Shown here piece after piece: positions 57,094-57,765 of a DNA stretch of 57,765 nt (within the stretch, counting starts at the first letter, position 1; every line of letters begins with the position of its first letter). The notes beneath the pieces are model-generated. The model searched no databases, was not told the origin of the DNA, and saw only the letters and a list, made by a program, of their open reading frames with translations. Both the position numbers and the translations under genes were made by a program. This DNA is from a virus (lineage: Duplodnaviria > Caudoviricetes): positions 1-57,765 of IMG/VR virus record IMGVR_UViG_3300047481_002095. One strand, given 5' to 3'.

Positions 57094-57615
57094 ATGAAAC
57101 AAACTGTTAATGAACTGATTATTTCCCACTTGTCTTTAGCCAACAGTATCGCATACAAAATTAGATATAAATATAAAAAATTTACAATTGATGAACTTCA
57201 ATCAGCAGCTTATATGGGTTTGGTTGAGGCTGCAAACAAGTATGATGAAAAAAATGGTGTCAAATTCATTACATTTGCAACCAGTAAAATAAGATGGGCT
57301 ATTCTTGATTATGCTGTGGAAGTGCGTTTTTCTAACAATACAAATTTGAAGTTTATAAGTTTGGATGATAATCAATACTCAAGAAAAGAAAGTGGCAACA
57401 GAGAGGAAATTTATAAGATTTTGACTCAAGACATGAATGAAAGGGAAAAAGAGATTTTTATATCTTACTATGTTAAAGAAAAGAAAATGCATGAGATAGC
57501 AGTTTCTTATAATGTCAAAGAATCAAGAATAAGTCAGATTTTGTCAAAAGTAGTTAAAAGATTGCAAGAAAAGTTACAAAGTCGCAAAGAAGAATTATAT
57601 GATATTGCCGCTTAA
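57094..57615 (+). CDS. Compact sigma70-family sigma factor (FliA/SigF-like regions 2 and 4)
   Basis: DELQSAAYMGLVEAANKYD...VKFITFA...IRWAILDY; EIAVSYNVKESRISQI. Confidence 0.88.
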   Translation: MKQTVNELIISHLSLANSIAYKIRYKYKKFTIDELQSAAYMGLVEAANKYDEKNGVKFITFATSKIRWAILDYAVEVRFSNNTNLKFISLDDNQYSRKESGNREEIYKILTQDMNEREKEIFISYYVKEKKMHEIAVSYNVKESRISQILSKVVKRLQEKLQSRKEELYDIAA

Positions 57616-57640
57616 ATAATTCAGGCAAACAAGGTGAATT

Positions 57641-57765
57641 ATGCTTCATAACATATTGTTTTTAATGCTTACAACACAGAATATGTTTAATCAAGAATCT
57701 AGTTCTCAACCAATTGAAGTTGCAGACCCGCAAATTAAAAATCTTGAATGGAACAGGTATGTCAG
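57641..57765 (+). CDS. Partial ORF running off the window end
   Basis: AAGGTG RBS, ATG, hydrophobic N-terminus MLHNILFLMLTTQNMF. Confidence 0.4.
   Translation, partial: MLHNILFLMLTTQNMFNQESSSQPIEVADPQIKNLEWNRYV

Noticed and set aside
57094-57615. Sigma factor as partner of the dead Cas12i (RNA-guided activation as in dCas12f-sigma systems)
   Set aside because: About 38 kb apart with no operonic link; nothing in the sequence supports a coupling

Overview
AT-rich, densely coding 57.8-kb segment that reads as part of a large (jumbo/huge, T4-like) bacteriophage genome in the standard genetic code. It mixes host-like auxiliary genes (hldE, prkA-yeaH-spoVR, glycosyltransferases, dut, phoH, dnaJ, groES-like, a sigma factor) with a translation toolkit (tmRNA, bS21, IF-3, peptide deformylase), three DNA methyltransferases, HNH genes, a solo tnpB, three LAGLIDADG inteins and probable virion proteins. 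The top signal is a full-length, orphan Cas12i-family (type V-I) effector at 16381-19416. Two of its three RuvC catalytic residues are substituted (D->N599, E->T821) while the pre-crRNA-processing His-His motif is kept. There is no CRISPR array or cas1/cas2 in the window, but the gene has its own sigma70 promoter and a repeat-like hairpin just before its ribosome-binding site. Also notable: dnaE is split into two distant genes without inteins, and its first PHP motif is broken by an 8-nt stop-containing insert (candidate translational bypass/frameshift). About nine ORFs carry T4 capsid-targeting-like N-termini, several sitting behind TAAATA late-promoter-like boxes. All family assignments come from motif recognition by eye and from remembered reference sequences; no database search was run.
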